Assembly: GCA_019828565.1 (NCBI GenBank)
Contig: JAHDYR010000033.1
Coordinates: forward strand, 1 to 64,000
Reading direction: 5' to 3'
From: Carpediemonas membranifera BICM
Lineage: Eukaryota > Protista > Fornicata
DNA length: 64,000 nt
Shown here: one piece after another, positions 61,466 through 64,000 of the stretch
How the letters are laid out: each line of letters begins with the position of its first letter
How positions within the stretch are numbered: the first letter of the stretch is position 1
Translations under genes and position numbers: made by a program
The notes under the pieces: generated by a model
The model's database searches: none
Told to the model about the DNA's origin: nothing
The model's input: the letters and a program-made list of their open reading frames with translations, nothing else

Positions 61466-61749
61466 GAGAGTATGTTATTATGTGCTGACTGAACTATCGG
61501 GTTCAGCATCACTGCCACGCTGTCAGACAGGCAGCGTGGTGTCCGGCCGCGCGTTACAAGCACGGCCCTTGTCGGAATAAAGTTGACTACGAGGCATGAT
61601 TGGTGTTATCAGGGCTCTCATAACTCATGTATCGGCACGACCATCGTTGACACAAACTCGGCCAAATGCTCTCCTCTTTCACTGCTCATTCCACCACTAA
61701 CTCGTTCGCAACCGTCGCTCTTGAGTCTTTCAAGCGCTTTTCCTCCGGC

Positions 61750-62250
61750 ATGTCGCCCGCGGAGGCTTTCGCAAGCACCGGCGTGAATGAGATGTCCAAG
61801 CTGACCAAGTTCTGGACTGTACAGGGTATGTAGTCCTAATAGCTCTTACCAAGACAAGCACACAACGCGTCGTTTCCCCGACAACCCGATTCTTTCCACC
61901 CCTTCTCTTATCGGCATGATGGAGCTCACATGCGAGGCACAAACCGACCACAAGCTTCCAGGAGGCTTCGCCACTGTCGGATTCAAGTTTGACCCCATGC
62001 TTCACCTCGGCCCCGCAAAGCCTGGCGACGAGGTCCGCATCGAGGCCGTGCTGTCCAAGATTGACGGCCGCAAGCTCGTGTTTGTCCCACTTGTGCGATA
62101 TACCGTTTATATAGCTACGAAGTCGAGGCCAAGGTCGACAACCGCGTCATTGGCACTTGTATGTACCCGACCCTTCGATCCCAGCTCACCCAGGCAAGCA
62201 CACCAGAGTTGTCGTCGGCAAGTGAACGATTATGTGATAAATATGAACTA
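61750..62250 (+). CDS. Hot-dog-fold thioesterase (FlK-like), several short introns
   Basis: LSTLLLIGMMELTC, ATVG...HLGPAKPGDEVRIEAVLSKIDGRKLVF. Confidence 0.7.
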
Positions 62251-62491
62251 GCTAACTGAGAGCGTCACTTTCTGCTGACTAGTTGACTGAGCTCAAACGT
62301 TTGTCCTATTTCAACTTGGGCATATTGGAAAACGTTGGGTCGCGCCATTTAAAAATCAAATGAGTATGAATGAGGGTCATCTGAGCACGTATGCTGTGTT
62401 GCGTGACTCTGGGAATTCTTTTCAGAGTTAAAGCCATTTTTGTAAGCACAATGAGAAAACCCCATCCTTTTCGTGTTGTTAGACGACGATT

Positions 62492-62956
62492 ATGGCTCTG
62501 GTGCGTGAAGAGAACTCGTTCAACCACATCCTCCGTGTCATGAACACCAACCTCAACGGTAAGGAGAACATTGAGGTCGCTCTCACTGCTATCCGTGGTG
62601 TTGGCCGCCGTTTTGCTAACGTCGTCCTCAAGATCGCCGACATTGACACCACTATCCGCGCTGGTGAGATCAGCAACGAGCAGATGGATCGCATCGTCGA
62701 GATCATGCAGAACCCCGAGCAGTTCAAGATCCCCGCCTGGATGCTCAACCGTCAGAAGGACTACGACACTGGCGTCAATATGCACAACCTTGCTGGCTCC
62801 ATCGACTCCACCCTCCGTAACGACATCGAGCGCATGCGTAAGGTCCGCTGCAACCGTGGTCTCCGCCACTCCTGGGGCTGCAAGGTCCGTGGCCAGAAGA
62901 CCAAGAGCACTGGTCGCTTTGGCCGTACCGTTGGTGTTGCCACCAAGAAGAAGTAA
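62492..62956 (+). CDS. RPS18: 40S ribosomal protein S18 (uS13)
   Basis: FNHILRVMNTNLNG, ALTAIRGVGRRFAN, KIPAWMLNRQKD, RGLRHSWGCKVRGQKTKSTGR. Confidence 0.98.
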   Translation: MALVREENSFNHILRVMNTNLNGKENIEVALTAIRGVGRRFANVVLKIADIDTTIRAGEISNEQMDRIVEIMQNPEQFKIPAWMLNRQKDYDTGVNMHNLAGSIDSTLRNDIERMRKVRCNRGLRHSWGCKVRGQKTKSTGRFGRTVGVATKKK

Positions 62957-63389
62957 ATTCGACGGTTGCCGTAGCGCTATGGGGCATAGATCTGGGTGAA
63001 GTGGTGCACTCTTTCATAATGACCATGGTGGTAGGCCAGGACCATGATCGAACAGCCAGGGGGCATGGGACATTTAACCGTCGATAATACCTTGTTTGCA
63101 AGCCCTCTCCGATGGTCAAAAAACGCTGGTCTGTTCCAAAAATCGCGCCCAGCCAAGTGCTAGCAGCTCGTATGAGTCTCCTGGTGAGATTTAGACCCAC
63201 ACCACCGTGCGAACTGAACTGCGGGAACCACGGCATGCAACATTATAACGAGATAGACTCGGCATTGGTGAGGCAGACGCAAATTCGAGCAGTGATGGAT
63301 GTTTAGGCTGTCAATCGAGACTAGATCGGAAGCGTATCTGCGGTCTGCCGAGATTTCGCCTCGCGTTGACCAGCGAGGAGACAAAGCAA

Positions 63390-64000
63390 ATGCCCGCATC
63401 CTTCTCTGACGATTTGGCGCAGAAATTGGGCCAATTTGCGGCCGGTGTTGTGTCCGGGGCGCTGAGTAGCGTTGTGACTGCCCCAATCACGATCCTGCAA
63501 GCTCGCGTGTCAGTAGGCGAAGAAACTGTTCGCTCTCCTGCGGACTTCGTCAAGAAGGCCGCTTCTATCGTGCAGGAAGAAGGACTTGGGAAGCTCTACG
63601 AAGGCTGTGGCCCCCAGGTGCTTGGCTCCGCGCTCTCCTGGGGCCTATTCCACCCGATTGTCTCGTACACGAAGAACGCCTTCCGGACGATGGAACGCAC
63701 CCTGTACAACGACCCCAGCCGCCCCCTCTCGCACTACAGTCGCTTTCTCGCCACGTGCATCGCCGGCGCCGCCACGAACACCCTCATGAACCCCGTCTTG
63801 CTCGTCCGCACCCGCCTCCAGATCCAGCGCAGACACCACAAGGGCGCATACACCAGTTCCGTGGACTGCTTCCGCCGTGTGGTGCGGGAGGAGGGCCCGC
63901 TCGCCCTGTTCCGCGGCCTGACGATGTACCAGCTCGCCTCTCTCGGCCCCGCGTTTAGATACACCATGTACGACGCCGGGATCGAGCGGCTGGTGAGAGA
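63390..64000 (+). CDS. Mitochondrial carrier family protein (folate/FAD carrier-like), runs off the right edge
   Basis: AGVVSGALSSVVTAPITILQAR, EEGLGKLYEGCGPQVLGSALSWGLF, NPVLLVRTRLQIQ, YTSSVDCFRRVVREEGPLALFRGL. Confidence 0.88.
   Translation, partial: MPASFSDDLAQKLGQFAAGVVSGALSSVVTAPITILQARVSVGEETVRSPADFVKKAASIVQEEGLGKLYEGCGPQVLGSALSWGLFHPIVSYTKNAFRTMERTLYNDPSRPLSHYSRFLATCIAGAATNTLMNPVLLVRTRLQIQRRHHKGAYTSSVDCFRRVVREEGPLALFRGLTMYQLASLGPAFRYTMYDAGIERLVR

Overview
Eukaryotic, protist-like compact genome: 28-31 nt GT-AG introns, short intergenic spacers, SmF, Sec3, RPS18. The window has two parts. (1) Positions 1-40.8 kb are a nested transposon pile in and beside a broken DNA topoisomerase IB (TOP1) gene, whose three pieces (3709-3916, 13497-13687, 40282-40839) rejoin in frame once the insertions and one TSD copy each are removed. 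Nesting order: TOP1 <- chromovirus A (3917-13491) <- chromovirus B (8355-13345) <- 55-bp solo LTR (11533-11587); and TOP1 <- chromovirus C (13688-40277) <- chromovirus D (17969-39731, minus) <- TIR element E (22534-38251) <- TIR element F (28303-32575). A degenerate LINE and a Gypsy protease fragment lie at the left edge. (2) Positions 40.9-64 kb are ordinary host genes (Sec3, BLOS1, SPFH, SmF, Cys-rich membrane protein, eIF2a-kinase-like x2, USP, EF-hand, PDE, thioesterase, RPS18, mitochondrial carrier) with a 2.1-kb duplication. Most notable: all four Gypsy elements have a self-complementary palindrome instead of a tRNA primer-binding site directly after the 5' LTR; E and F define a TIR family with CAT(A/G)C(A/T)GTC ends, 2-bp TSDs and a Chapaev/RAG1-like transposase; E carries an apparently inactive tyrosine-recombinase-like gene and an OTU-like gene; and the solo LTR plus its TSD forms a frame-restoring GT-AG intron. 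All protein calls are by-eye motif recognition; no searches were run.
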